Positions 1 through 13,912 of a DNA stretch of 64,000 nucleotides are shown in pieces (within the stretch, counting starts at the first letter, position 1; each line of letters opens with the position of its first letter). The notes beneath the pieces are model-generated. The model was not told the DNA's origin. It saw only the letters and a list, made by a program, of their open reading frames with translations, and did no database searches. Source of the DNA: Nemertoderma westbladi (taxonomy: Eukaryota > Animalia > Xenacoelomorpha). The stretch covers positions 38,254 to 102,253 of the forward strand of contig JAUCBJ010007104.1 in the NCBI GenBank assembly GCA_032718475.1. The letters run 5' to 3'. Position numbers and translations under genes: made by a program.

Positions 1-2206
1 ATATGTACCTTTATTTCTATCTCACAACTTATGCTAATTATAATATATTAATACATGTTCAGGTTCGGGACTATCTAGGCCAACTATTAATTTTACTTTT
101 ATGTAGTTTTAGGTAAATTAGATTGACATAATACTTACGTATATCGTAAATGTCTATATTTAGGGACATAGTTTGATTGTTGTAGTATTTTTGTTATAAA
201 TTAAAATAATATATTTTCTGTTTTGTTTAATAATGTATAATATAAATCCTTGTCATAATGACATTTTGGTTGTCATTCATCATCACCATAGTAACGGGCC
301 AATGTAAAAAAAATATGCTAAGGTAAAATATACGAACCCCAAAAAATAGTTTATTATTCAAAAATATTAAAATTACCATTAAGGACGTTTATTTTTATAA
401 TATATCTTGGAGTCAATTTACAATTTCAATTAAAACTCTAAAATTACGGTTAAAGCTATGCTTGACTAATTAACAGAAGGTGCAACATGTTTATTGGCAA
501 TTTGGATTTGTATATTTGTGTGCATTTAGATTTAATATAAAATGGATTAACTAAAAACTTAAATATTTTTTTAGTATATGTGTGTATGTTTTAATAACTA
601 AAAATATATATTAGATATATATACTGTATATATATACTGTATATATAAATATGCATTAAATCGGATAATAAATATGTTGTATTAGATTACACTGTATTGG
701 ATTGATAATTACTTAATTAATTTCTTAATAATAATGAATAATAGTTTTGTATGTAACGTTAACGTATATCGTTGGATGTTATAGGAGTGACTGATAGTGA
801 CAAAACTAATTATTGCCTTGTATAAAACAGTCACTTATAGGTAGAAGGTAGAGTTTAGAAAATAACGTGTCAAGTTTAGACATAGATTAATTAATTAATT
901 ATGAATGAATGATATCAATACGCCTATGATATTTACCAGTCCAGTATTTATTCAAAACTGAAACTGTTCATTTTAATTTTATTACTACAAACTGGCCAAA
1001 ATGTTGTTGATATAAAGAAATTGAATCTCAAACATATCTTATGATAAAAATACATTTTTTATCATGTGATATTTGTAAAAAAAAAGTGTGAGAAGTAGTT
1101 AAATGACAGAGCGGGACTTGTAAATTGATTGGTGACATAAACAATAGTTAGTGGTATATAATACAATACATTCGTTTATATGAACAGTTAATCTTGTATG
1201 TTTAATGTCTTTTAACGGTGCTATCCGTATTTGTGCATTGGTATTTCCATTAATTAATATTGAAATATTGTAGAAGAAATTATTATAGTTTTCAATAACA
1301 TTGGAAGATAATATTATTTAAATAAATATTATTAATCAGGAAGCCCAAACCGTACAAAATATTTAATAATTTTTGCAAATTTCAGCTTTTAAAATTATTT
1401 TAATAATAATAATAATAACAAGAATGCCAGCGAGTGGTGGTAATAATGGACGGATCCATTGCTATCAATATTGTTGTGGTAATAATTTACGCGCCTATAT
1501 GAAGGGAAGCCTAATAACGAAAAACGAAACATTGGACAAAGTACACAATATAGTAAAAAATATATTGTATGTTAAAATAATACTGTTTGCAGGAAATGTA
1601 TCTTCGCCTACAATTCTAAACGAAATAAAACGAAAATTTCGCATAAAGCATGTCCAATACATGCTCCCTATGGGGTATTGACAGAATTTTGATTGAGAAA
1701 ATTATACGATTATGATCGGTCATTCTAGAATTAATTTCACTATTGCAAGGCAACCAACAGGTCCCTCGCAACCAAAACCTTGCATACACAAATAGGTCCG
1801 ATAATGAACCTAACATCAAAGTTTCATCCAAGTCCATCAACATTAAGCGCAAGAAGTTGTGTGTATACAAACAAACACGTGTAAGAAATAAGAACATTGA
1901 GCATTGGATCTTGGACAAAGAACTTGGATCCGTTTGAAGTCCCAGATGGCTCATAGCCATTTTGAAGGCCTACATTGTTTTATATTATATGAAACAAAAT
2001 ATGTGAGCCATAATGTAATATTTTGTGTTCAAATTGCATTACTGCATTCCTTCAATTAAAATCAATTAAAGTAGCTGAACTATTAATAGCCAATTCAACC
2101 CAATGATATTAGTTGTATGCTATATTTAATTATATTTAAATGATATTTTATTCAATAAAAACTAAGTGAATTATTTGTATTTTCAAGGACTAATTACTAA
2201 CGTAAT

Positions 2207-2355
2207 CAGCAGCTTGGTCTGGTGGTGGCAATCCTGGGTTTCCAATCAGTAGGACTGGTTCGATCCATAGATGGGTCAGCTCTGTTTGGGCACAGTAATG
2301 CTTTAAACTAGCTCAACCCTGGCTTTCATCCTTGACTGGTCGATAAATGAATGAG
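2207..2355 (+). mobile_element. Degenerate tRNA-derived SINE (5' part)
   Basis: A-box-like TGGTCTGGTGG (2215-2225) and B-box GGTTCGATCC (2257-2266). These are followed by CTCAACCCTGGCTTTCATCCTTGACTGGTCGATAAATGA, which resembles the GCCTTCCATCCTT...GGTCGGTAAAATGA central domain recalled from Sauria-type/cephalopod SINEs. Confidence 0.5.
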
Positions 2356-2374
2356 AAGCAAGGTAAGGTAATTC

Positions 2375-5300
2375 GGGAAACATAGTGGAAGTGTTTACTG
2401 TCACCCACGGTTGTGAACAGGCATTCCTTTAGGAAACAGGGTGGAATGGTTTACTGTGGACGATCACCCACGGTTGTGAACAGGCATTCCTTTAGGAAAC
2501 AGGGTGGAATGGTTTACTGTGGAAGATTACCCATGATGGTGAACAGGCATTCCTTTATGAAACAGAGTGGAAGGGATTGGTTTACTGTGGAAAATTACCC
2601 ATGGTTGTGAACAGGCATTCCTTTAGGAAACAAAGTGGAAGGGTTTACTGTGGAAGATCAACCATGGTTGTGAACAGGCCTTCCTTTAGGAAACAGGATG
2701 GAATGGTTTACTGTGGAAGATCAACCATGGTTGTGAACAGGCACTCCTTTAGGAAACAGGGTGGAATGGTTTACTGTGGAAGATCACCCATGACGGTGAA
2801 CAGGCATTCCTTTAGGAAACAGGGTGGAATGGTTTACTGTGGAAGATCAACCATGGTTGTGAACAGGCATTCTTTTAGGAAACAGGGTTGAATGGTTTAC
2901 TGTGGAAGATCACCCATGATGGTGAACAGGCATTGCTTTAGGAAACAGGGTGGAATGGTTTACTGTGGAAGATCAACCATGGTTGTGAACAGGCATTCCT
3001 TTAGGAAACAGGGTGGAATGGTTTACTGTGGAAGATCACCCATGGTTGTGAACAGGCATTCCTTTAGGAAATAGGGTGGAATGGTTTACTGTGGAAGATT
3101 ACCCATGATGGTGAACAGGCATTCCTTTAGGTAGCAGGGTGGAATGGTTTACTGTGGAAGATCACCCATGGTTATGAACAGGCATTCCTTTAGGAAACAA
3201 AGTGGAAGGGTTTACTGTGGAAGATCAACCATGGTTGTGAACAGGCATTCCTTTAGGAAACAGGGTGGAATGGTTTACTTTGGAAGATCACCCATGGTTG
3301 TGAACAGGCATTCCTTTAGGAAACAGAGTGCAAGGGATTGGTTTACTGTGGAAGATTACCCATGGTTGTGAACAGGCATTCCTTTAGGAAACAGGGTGGA
3401 ATGGTTTACTGTGGAAGATTACCCATGGTTGTGAACAGGCATTCCTTTAGGAAACAGGGTGGAATGGTTTACTGTGGAAGATCACCCATGGTTGTGAACA
3501 GGCATTCCTTTAGGAAACAGGGTGGAATGGTTTACTGTGGAAGATTACCCATGGTGGTGAACAGGATTCCTTTAGGTAACAGGGTGGAATGGTTTACTGT
3601 GGAAGATCACCCATGGTGGTGAACAGGCATTCCTTTAGGAAACAGGGTGAAATGGTTTAATGTGGAAGATTACCCATGATGGTGAACAGGCATTCCTTTA
3701 GGTAGCAGGGTGGAATGGTTTACTGTGGACGATCACCCATGGTTGTGAACAGGCATTCCTTTAGGAAACAGGGTGGAATGGTTTACTGTGGAAGATTACC
3801 CATGGTGGTGAACAGGCATTCCTTTAGGTAACAGGGTGGAATGGTTTACTGTGGAAGATCACCCATGGTTGTGAACAGGCATTCCTTTAGGAAACAGGGT
3901 GGAATGGTTTACTGTGGAAGATCAACCATGGTTGTGAACAGGCACTCCTTTAGGAAACAGGGTGGAATGGTTTACTGTGGAAGATCACCCATGATGGTGA
4001 ACAGGCATTCCTTTAGGTAGCAGGGTGGAATGGTTTACTGAGGAAGATTACCCATGGTTGTGAACAGGCATTCCTTTAGGAAACAGGGTGGAATGGTTTA
4101 CTGTGGAAGATTACCCATGATGGTGAACAGGCATTCCTTTAGGTAGCAGGGTGGAATGGTTTACTGTGGAAGATTACCCATGATGGTGAACAGGCATTCC
4201 TTTAGGAAACAGAGTGGAAGTGTTTGAGGAAGATCACCCATATGGTGGTGATCAGGTATTCCTTTGGGAAACAGAGTGGAAGGGTTTACTGTGGAAGATC
4301 ACCCATTGTGGTGAACAGGCATTCCTTTAGGAAACAGGAAGGAATGGTTTACTGTGGAAGATCACCCATGGTGGTGAACAGGCATTCCTTTAGGAAACAG
4401 GGTGGAAGTGTTTACTGTGGAAGATCACCCATGGTGGTGAACAGGCATTCCATTAGGAAACAGAGTGGAAGTGTTTACTGTGGAAGATCACCCATGGTGG
4501 TGAACAGGTATACTTTTGGGAAACAAAGTGGAAGTGTTTACTGTGGAAGATCACCCATGGTGGTGAACAGGTATTTCTTTGGGAAACAGAGTGGAAGGGT
4601 TTACTGTGGAAGATCAGCCATGGTGATGAACAGGCATTCCTTTAGGAAACAGGGTGGAATGGTTTACTGTGGAAGATCACCCATGGTGGTGAACAGGCAT
4701 TCCTTTAGGAAGCAGAGGGGAAGTGTTTACTGTGGAAGATCACCCATAGTGATGAACAGGTATTATTTTGGGAAACAGAGTGGAGGGGTTTACTGTGGAA
4801 GATCACCCATGGTGGTGAACAGGCATTCCTTTGGGAAACAGAGCGAAAGGGTTTACTGTGGAAGATCACCCATGGTGGTGAACTGGCATTCCTTTAGGAA
4901 ACAGGGTGGAATGGTTTACTGTGGAAGATCACCCATGGTGGTGAACAGGCATTCCTTTAGGAAACAGAGTTGAAGGAGGGTTTACTGTGGAAGATCACCC
5001 ATGGTGGTAAACAGGCATTCCTTTAGGAAAGAAATTGGAAGGGTTTACTGTGGAAGATCACCCATGCTGGTGAACAGGCATTCCTTTAGGAAACAGAGTG
5101 GAAGTGTTTACTGTGGAAGATCACCCATGGTGGGGTGGTGAACAGGTATTATTTTGGGAAACAGAGTGGAAGGGTTTAGGTGAACAGGCATTCCTTTGGG
5201 AAACAGAGCGAAAGGGTTTACTGTGGAAGATCACCCATGGTGGTGAACAGGCATTCCTTAAGGAAACAGAGTGGATGGGTTTACTGTGGAAGATCGCCCA

Positions 5301-6035
5301 TGGTGGTGAACAGGCATTCCTTTAGGAAACAGAGTGGAAGTGTTTACTGTGGAAGATCACCCATGGTGGTGAACAGGTAATAATTTGGGAAACAGAGTGG
5401 AAGTGTTTACTGTGGAAGATCACCCATGGTGGTGAACAGGCATTCCTTTGGGAAACAGAGCGAAAGTGTTTACTGTGGAAGATCACCCATGGTGGTGAAC
5501 AGGCATTCCTTTGGGAAACAGAGCGAAAGGGTTTACTGTGGAAGATCACCCATGGTGGTGAACTGGCCTTCCTTTAGGAAACAGTGTGGAATGGTTTACT
5601 GTGGAAGATCACCCATGGTGGTGAACAGGTATTCCTTTAGGAAACAGAGTGGAATGGTTTACTGTGGAAGATCACCCATGGTGGTGAACTGGCCTTCCTT
5701 TAGGAAACAGTGTGGAATGGTTTACTGTGGAAGATCACCCATGGTGGTGAACAGGTATTCCTTTAGGAAACAGTGTGGAATGGTTTACTGTGGAAGATCA
5801 CCCATGGTGGTGAACAGGTATTCCTTTAGGAAACAGAGTGGAATGGTTTACTGTGGAAGATCACCCATGGTGGTGAACTGGCCTTCCTTTAGGAAACAGT
5901 GTGGAATGGTTTACTGTGGAAGATCACCCATGGTGGTGAACAGGTATTCCTTTAGGAAACAGAGTGGAAGGGTTTACTGTGGAAGATCACCCATGGTGGT
6001 GAACAGGCATTCCTTTAGGAAACAGAGTGGAAGGA
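2375..6035. repeat. 63-bp minisatellite, ~58 copies
   Basis: Unit GTGAACAGGCATTCCTTTAGGAAACAGGGTGGAATGGTTTACTGTGGAAGATCACCCATGGTT, period 63 (2413 to 2476). It accounts for the 21-aa-periodic ORFs. Confidence 0.97.
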
Positions 6036-7194
6036 TTATCGTCTAAATTCGGCTCAATATCGCACATTTGTTTTACTGATGGAAAGCACACATGACTCTA
6101 AAATGACTTCCGTTGGACTTGTTGACATAAAGGAATGCTGTTCACGTTAAACAATTTTATTTGCATACAATATTTAGTCCCGTCACTGCAAACTGGATAA
6201 TAAAGCTGCACTCATTAACATAAATGGAAATAATACATTCTGGAATACGGTAATTTATGTTGTTTCACCATGTTATTGATTACTTTGCAGCGTTAAGAGT
6301 AATTCACCAAAACGCTGATAAGTTGACATTGTAACAAAAATTCTGACTCACCCATGGAAGATGAGTTGTGTAACTATTACCATTTGAAGTTTCATGAAAT
6401 CTCATAACCCTGAATAACGGCACTATATTCCAGGACATGGTGTATAGAAAGAGTCTCAGGGCGTAAAGATAGCAGGGCTAGGAGATTAGACTAGGAACGG
6501 ACCACGTTAGGTTGAGCAGCCCCTTTATAACACTGGAAGCCCAAAGATTATACAAAATCCAAAACTATCACTAATCCATCCATCAATAAAACCATCCCAG
6601 TCAGGAATCCTTAGAGGGCGACCTGCTGAGATTCCCCCTTGGCTAATATCAACAACTTAAACGGGACTCGTTCAGGAGACGTGCACAAGTCCATTACTGA
6701 GGATACTTCCTACAGCTATAAATGCCGCATTGTTTCTATTGGGAGCTCAACAGCACTTCTAACCACCCATAAAGTTCCTTATTAATGAACTAATTTTGCA
6801 ATCAATTAAATTAAATTGCCAGTAATTTTTTCGATGGATCACTAGAAGTACTCATTTGCAATTTGGCCTTGATTATCGTGGCCTGACACTAAACTGAAAA
6901 CGCTTTGCACCTAGAGCAAATTACACTAAAAATTAATAACTACATACTGAAATATAATTTTTAAGCGTTATGACCCGAGTGTATTATATGACGAGCGAGC
7001 GCAACGAGGGAGATTTACATAAAAACAAAACAAGGGCCTTTAGCGCTGATTCAGTGATGTAAGTAAATTTTGTTACACCATTTATTTTTGTTTTATATTA
7101 ATTAAGAAATCAAAGTAAAAAACTAAAAAAGTGAAAATTTAAAAATTAAATAATGTGGGAAAATTTTTGTTCTCACTATCAGCTCTCGCAAGCA

Positions 7195-7300
7195 AGCAAA
7201 CAGTCGGCCGAAGCCGGAGGCGACCCGAAGGCTCCTCTTTCGATAGCTGCTACCCGAGGGTAGGGGTGGGCGCTACTCCTATCCCAAGATTTGCTCCCAG
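7195..7300. mobile_element. Probable SINE fragment
   Basis: GC-rich island GGCGACCCGAAGGCTCCTCTTTCGATAGCTGCTAC...GGGCGCTACTCC in AT-rich DNA. It resembles an interspersed SINE segment recalled from invertebrate genomes; pattern recognition only. Confidence 0.35.
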
Positions 7301-8412
7301 TTATTTAACTGGTAATCAGCTGTCGACTCTATATTTATTTACCTCATTTGAATAGTGAAAAAGGGGTGTAAGAAATGTAATAAACGATTCGAATTTAATG
7401 ACTGTATATTATACCGGTCAATTAATTATATGTATTTGCATATACCCCTTTCCATATATTAACAATTAAAAAGACCCCAGGAAAAATATATTATGAATGA
7501 AATAAAAAGATTCATCTCCACCAGTGCTACACGTATTCGTATACATTACAGTAACTCAACTCACCCTAAATCTAAGGACACTCGCAAATTTCCAGACTCA
7601 CAGGGCCAGGGGTCTAGTAATGCGATGCTATGATTGGCTAATACTGAAACTCATTAAAACTCGACTAATATAAAACGAAATGTTTCAATTCTCGTTAGAC
7701 ATCACCACATCCCACACAATGAGTATTTATTAGAAGAAGAAAATAATAAGTGTGCAACATTCTGGGTTTTACAATGAGGACATCAGGCTATTACATTCTG
7801 ATTATTTTACAATGACATTTAATGATTTTTCACAGAATGTAGCGGGCTACTTTAACATACTATGTAATATGCTTTTTGCCATCTAATTTAGGGAATCTAA
7901 TACGGGAATAACAATCACTTATTTTACAACATCTGCAGTAGCTAGCTACTAAAAGTACCCAGATGTATTGCGGCTCCTTACAAGTCTAGTTGTCTGTTTC
8001 GCAAATAAATGACAAATGTAATAAATAATTATATTTCATATTAATTAATTGCTAACACTTCCGCCCAAACACCCACATACCGAAACACACCTTATGTGAA
8101 ATGAACGCACCTATAAAGTATAAGTTGAATTGAATGATTGGGCCAATTAATTTTATGTAACAAACAGATACCGGTAGCTGATTACCAGTGATAAATTAAA
8201 CTTTAACCTGTGCGCCATTGACAATCGTTTATTGTTTTGGTTTTAATAGCATGCCACTGAAACTTATTCCTTTCCATTATTATAATTACTAACATTATTA
8301 GTTAGCCGAGAAATTAATTCGCCGAGATTAAATTTGTATCAACCCCCCCGCCCGCCCTTCTCCATGTTCACACTTTGAGATTGACCTACGGCACCACCAG
8401 TCCTCCCGTGCG

Positions 8413-9549
8413 CTACAATTTTAACCGACGGACATCTTCGGAGAGGAACTCAACCCTGAGATTCAACGTCTGCCGCGCCTCCACCGGGCTGAGTCGCCAC
8501 ACAAACCCGGAATTCGGCCCCCAGTACTCGTGGACCTCGGAGAGTCTCTCGAGATTCAACAGAGTCGCCATCTGGCTGAGACGCGAGAACTTATCTCTGG
8601 CGGACCAGGTGGTCGCGGAGCTGAGGTAGGCGGTGAGCGAACGAACCTCCCGGTCGAACTGCAGCCCGCCGAGTCGGTTAAACCGCGACTTAACCACGGA
8701 TCGCTCCAACAGAATAACCACCTCGGAAGTCAACGACGATATAAAACCATCGAATATCCTCGGGAGTAAACTCTCTCGGAAGGTCGCGATCAGCGCGTCG
8801 AGATTCCCCATGAAGGACTCAACCCACGGATTGCCGGACTCCGACTCCAGGAACTCTTCCTCCGTCAGCTCCCGATTAACCTCGTTGAACGACTCGACCC
8901 ACGGCTTTATCTGCGGGCGGATCGCCGAAGACATCAACAACGAGACTCCGAACTCAACCAACTCGTTAAACTTCACCCCGACTGCGGCGAAATCTGCGAG
9001 ACAACTATGGAACTTCGCGTCGTTCTGGTCGCCTTCCAGACGAACTTTAAGGAATTCCTCCTCAAGCGATCGCTTCATCGTAGCCGCGTATTCCGCGCAA
9101 GTAGCCGCGTTATTCAACGCGAGGAGGAACGCGGTCTTCGCCTTGACCATGGACTCGGTCGAACCGGCGGTGAACTTCCCCTGAGCGAATCCGCTCTGCA
9201 GCACCGCGAACGTGTGGTCCAGCAGCCCCGACGGGAACCCAACACGGATACTCGCGTACAGAACCTCCCGGAGATCCGATTCGATTAGACTCGTCGCGTG
9301 GTTGCACATGGCGCAGGTCGCGTCGATGGAGGAGCTAGAGAGAGCGCGGTTCAAACACTTCTTAACGATAAAGAAAGTATCGTCCACCATGCTCGAGGAT
9401 AGGGATGTGTCGTCGTTTAGCTCGACGGCCTTGTAGAAAGATTCCCGTTGGAAGTATTCCTCCAAGGGAATGTAACCGCCTATAAGTTCCTGCATCGTTC
9501 GACTGAGTTTGCAATCCAATAAAAGTCCCTCTAGTTTCCCGAGTTCCTC
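8413..9549 (-). CDS. COG4: Conserved oligomeric Golgi complex subunit 4, exon 2 (terminal)
   Basis: Acceptor TTTAG at 9551-9550, phase 0, reading EELGKLEGLLLDCKLSRTMQELIG. COG4 motifs SSMVDDTFFIVKKCL, FNRLGGLQFDREVRSL and RDKFSRLSQMATLLNLE, ending WRLSPVEARQTL...VRRLKL-stop. Confidence 0.95.
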   Translation of the reverse strand, partial: EELGKLEGLLLDCKLSRTMQELIGGYIPLEEYFQRESFYKAVELNDDTSLSSSMVDDTFFIVKKCLNRALSSSSIDATCAMCNHATSLIESDLREVLYASIRVGFPSGLLDHTFAVLQSGFAQGKFTAGSTESMVKAKTAFLLALNNAATCAEYAATMKRSLEEEFLKVRLEGDQNDAKFHSCLADFAAVGVKFNELVEFGVSLLMSSAIRPQIKPWVESFNEVNRELTEEEFLESESGNPWVESFMGNLDALIATFRESLLPRIFDGFISSLTSEVVILLERSVVKSRFNRLGGLQFDREVRSLTAYLSSATTWSARDKFSRLSQMATLLNLERLSEVHEYWGPNSGFVWRLSPVEARQTLNLRVEFLSEDVRRLKL

Positions 9550-9820
9550 CTAAATTAAATTTTATTTATTAAATAATATTATTAATCGCACGATTACGAA
9601 CGGTACTACACACAGTAATATAGCACACTAGCTCAGCTAACATAGAAGGTCTACAGTATCACATTTATTATTTTTTTTCCTTTGCTACTAAATAACTTAT
9701 ATCGATATCAATCTGTCAATTAATTATAAATATTTTGTCAACTTAAATACAGTAGAAACCCGGTGCCTTGGAATGAAACTAAATATGTGTTGTGTAGCAA
9801 TAAATTATTATATAATTCAC

Positions 9821-10888
9821 CTGTTTGGATTCCAGGCCCTCCAGATTAGCTGTAACTTTAATCCGAATAAAATTCAGAAACATCGAGGTTCTAGAATTGA
9901 GTAGCGCTGCTTCGGACAGCACTGGATCGAGTTGTCGGGGGTCGGGTCTGTCGGTCGTCCTACTCGATGCGACGGCGCTCAACGACTCGGTCCAACCGGA
10001 TCTGGTCTGGAACGCCTCGACAATCGAACGGGACTGGCCGTCGACCTCTATCTGCAGAGGGCGAACGATGGCCAACAGGTGCCCCGGCCCGTAGTACGTG
10101 TCTACTAGAGGCTGCTCGCGATCAATAACCCGGGCCACGTCCTCGAATAAAGCCGTGAGTAAACCGGCGTAACTCCCCGGAGAACCGCCGGCGAGATGGA
10201 GTTTCTCCGCGCACCGCCGGGAGATCGTACGACGCAAGTATTCCGCGAACCGAGCCATGCCTTCAGCGTGCTGGTTAATCAACGGGAAAATCTTAAAAAA
10301 TCGATTAATTGATGCTAAATCGTTGCTTTCGATAGCTGCGTCGAATTTATCCGCTACTATTTGTTTAAGTTTATTTTCTGCTTCGTGGAGGAGTTTGAAG
10401 GAATCCTCGAATCTATCGGTTTGGTCCGGGGCAGCGCGTATAAGCGTGGTTTCGTCCAGACCGAGGTAGCGGTGTATGTGGCCCGCGGCCTGTTCGTAAG
10501 CACCCGAATCCAACGCGGATTGGATCCCCTCCGTGCTGAGTTTTAGATCGAGGACGTCGTCCGCGCGATGCATCGCCTCGGTACAACGGCATCGCGCCGT
10601 GTCGAGAGCTCGGACCTTCCCGCTCACCGTGTCCGCGAGTTTGTGGGTCCCTTCTACCCTGGTTGCCAAGGCGACGGCGTCCGAGTGAATGTCCCCCAGT
10701 TTAGGAAGAGTTTCGTAAAGTTGTTTCATTCTTCTCTCCAATGCATTTCGTCCGGTTAATACTTCTTTGAGTTGATCGCTCAAATAGTCGTTGTAAACGT
10801 CGAGTTGCTTTAGAGCCTCGTCGATGTCTTCTATTGATGTAAGATTGACCATAACTTCAGAGTCGGGGATATTGGTAACATTATCCAT
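9821..10888 (-). CDS. COG4: Conserved oligomeric Golgi complex subunit 4, exon 1
   Basis: ATG at 10888 (alternative in-frame ATG at 10924). COG4 N-terminal motifs VSGKVRALDTAR, YEQAAGHIHRYL, RFFKIFPLI and QPLVDTYYGPG. Donor CAG|GTGAAT at 9821/9820; the 271-bp intron joins in frame to give ~734 aa. Confidence 0.93.
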
Positions 10889-13800
10889 TATGGCAATACG
10901 TAGGCTTACCTTACATTTCAGCATTTGACATAGGTAAAGTTCAGAAGGTACCCTACCTACACCTGTACACCTAGGTACTGAACTGACCTAGGCATAGCGG
11001 CATTGGCACCCTATCTCATATCACCTCACCACGATATCTCTCTGTCTTTCCTTCTTTGTATTATCTGACTCTGACTTGTGTAGTGTAGTGAGTGTAGTAC
11101 CGGTAGTTGATTGTTTACCTCACGTTCTTACCGCTACCGGTACTGTCTTCGGGTCCTTCGCTCTAATCGGTTTGCGAAGCAGTGATTTTACATTACAGAT
11201 TTAAGTAATATCGGTAGGAAAGTAATGACAGGACAGACACGAGACCGCAGTCGCAAACTGGTAGCGGAACTGGTTGGTAGACGGAGCTAGTCTACATTAC
11301 TATGAAACATTATAGAAAACAACTAATAAAATCAACAGATAATTGAAAAACTAATACAAAGGATTCTCCATCGTTTTTTACCCCGTGCATGTTTATCAGT
11401 TCAAATGGTTACCACCTTACCTGTAACATAGGCCAAAATAACATTGCCTTCGCTAGCGAAGTATTCATTTACCACGTGCCAGCTGGCTTCAGTAGTCCTT
11501 AATTTTTAGAGAATAAAAACATGCTGTAGTAATATGTACGAACCTTTCCTCCCCACTGTCAACTCATAGTACCGTTATGGTTTCAGTTATGAAAGCCAAC
11601 ATGACACGATATTCGATAGTGTATTCTGCTATCGAAGGATTCGAAGCTGCTAAAAACTTTCAGTTTCAAGCATTGCTGTTTTATATGCAACTTCATCGGT
11701 ACTTACAGTAACCTACTGTAGTAGGTACCCTCCTACAGTGGTGCCTACAGTAGCCGGGGACGTGTTATCTTAGGCCCACAACCTGACAACTACAAGCCCT
11801 TTGTACAGGTTGTCGGTAGTTTTGATTGATACTTCATAAATTATTGTATCACTATCAATTATGGAAGGCACATATGGCTACTAACTACAGTACTTAGGCA
11901 CGGAATGACGCCCTGGACCTAACCCATATTATAATGGTGTGCGTGCATAAAGTCAAATCTTCCACAACAACATGGATCAAGGTTTTCATAGTTACCTAGA
12001 TCAAAGTGATTGTACGGTGGCTGAATGTGGCCAATTTAATTAATTTTAAAAATGGGAAATATAAAAAGAAATTAATGAAATATAATTCCTTAAAACAGAA
12101 ATCCGTTTCGGCAGAAACGTCACGCAGAGAGAGGTCTGACTGGCTGATGACATGAAATTATCACAGATTATTCTCTCTACCGTATAATTTATGTTAATGC
12201 AAAACTATTATAAAGTGGTATTATACGAACAACGTATAAGCAGTATGCATTCTACATCCTGATAACAAATGTTCTGAGTGTATAATTACTACATCGGCAT
12301 AAGGTAAGTTTTAATAATTCTGACACACAAATTGGGTCATCTTCAATCTCTTACTTATAAAACATAAATTATCTGTCAATACCCGTCATCTATCTCACGG
12401 ACGGGTACTGTGTGCGACTTTGGATTGGGGTGCAGATTAAGAGGGGGTTGGAAGGAACTGTCCCCTCTTCTATGATTTATTGGTGGTTTTGTGAAATTTC
12501 TTAGATACCGATTTCGTGATAAGAATCGCTCAATTTAAATTTGAGTCTCATAAGCTGATCTTCGTGCTGCGCGAAGGCCCCACGAACGAATTAGTAGATA
12601 ACAGTTCCTGTTATTATGTTAGTTTTTATCAAATCGATAGGCCTGTGAGTCGGTGGGTCAGGTCAGTTATCTGGGTGCGTTCAACACAATAATAACAATA
12701 ATATATTATGGCACTTACTTGCAACTTAATTTGCTATTAAGTTTTGCTACAAACCACCTGATATTTTCTATACTGACTATTCGGGGAGGAAACGCCTTTC
12801 TTGTGTTTTTTGTTAGATAATTACTTAGATAAAGCGATTATTAATTTAAAATATTACAGAAATATTAGTGACGCACAGTATAAAATAATTTACTCCTACA
12901 AAACGCACCAAAAGTAGATGATTGTGCACGACAATGCAAGGATTACATATAATAAAATCATTAACAACATTATATACGCAATGCATATTTTAGTTAATCA
13001 AATTTCCTAAAACAATTGCATAATAATCATGGTAAATAAATATAAGTTTGCTTTTCCGGCAACTTAATAACTCGGGGTCCCGTCTTACTAACTATTAATT
13101 CAATCAAAGTTACAAAATTATATACCTGATAATAAATTGTTTTGTGATAGGCAAAAATGTGTCTGGCTTGTCTGGCGGCGACTTTAATGCCACATAATGC
13201 GATCTGGGAGTGCAGTAGGCAAGGAAGATGTGTCAACTTTCCTGATGGCAATAATTTCAAGATAAGAATAGTCTTCGAGGACCCAGAAAGATAGCAATCC
13301 AACTAAATCCAGCCAATCACGAAACAATTAATAGTCAGGCTTATTTGTATGAGATTTGTGGGGCGAGCCACTAAGTCTAGGTACGCATTTGTGGTGCTGT
13401 AATTAGTGGACCGTCTGTCGCCGTCGTTGGAAATGTTTAATCATTGAAGAATCGGAACCAAACTTGGTGCACATCATTTATTGTCTTTATATCTTGTCGG
13501 CCCCCTGTCGGTCACCAGGGGGCGTGACCGATTCGGCTAAATTGTACAGCTGCACAAACGTTCATCAAGACTTAGTGCTGAAAGATGTCCCCAAGTAGGT
13601 GTTAGTTAATAAGTCATGGTCTTGATTTACAATGAATATGAAATTACTTGCCCCTTACTGTGGCCCCAAGAATATGGTTAAATCATATTTTCATATGTTT
13701 AACAACAAACGTGACCTAATAATGCCATTAATCACTGGCGTGCAGGGTAGATTCACGTGCAACACTACTGCTTGGTGTTTTATTACCCCCTTCCCAAGAC

Positions 13801-13912
13801 TGATTTGCAATTTTATACAAAACAAAACAAAACATACAAATATAAATTATCCGATTAAACTGTAGACGAACATTTATTAGAAAAAAAAGAGTTAACTAAT
13901 TATTTCTGAGTT

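Noticed and set aside
1373-1960. Short ORFs at the window start
   Set aside because: No recognisable domain and no consistent exon chain.
2375-6035. CRISPR-like array (also considered for 16246-16704)
   Set aside because: Head-to-tail repeats without unique spacers, no cas genes, eukaryotic context.
2413-6046. ORFs with 21-aa repeats (MVYCGRSPMVVNRHSFRKQGG)
   Set aside because: By-product of a 63-bp unit; frequent stops and frameshifts.
8375-10759. Plus-strand ORFs overlapping COG4 (similarly INPP4 and 28236-28592)
   Set aside because: Antisense shadows of GC-rich exons.
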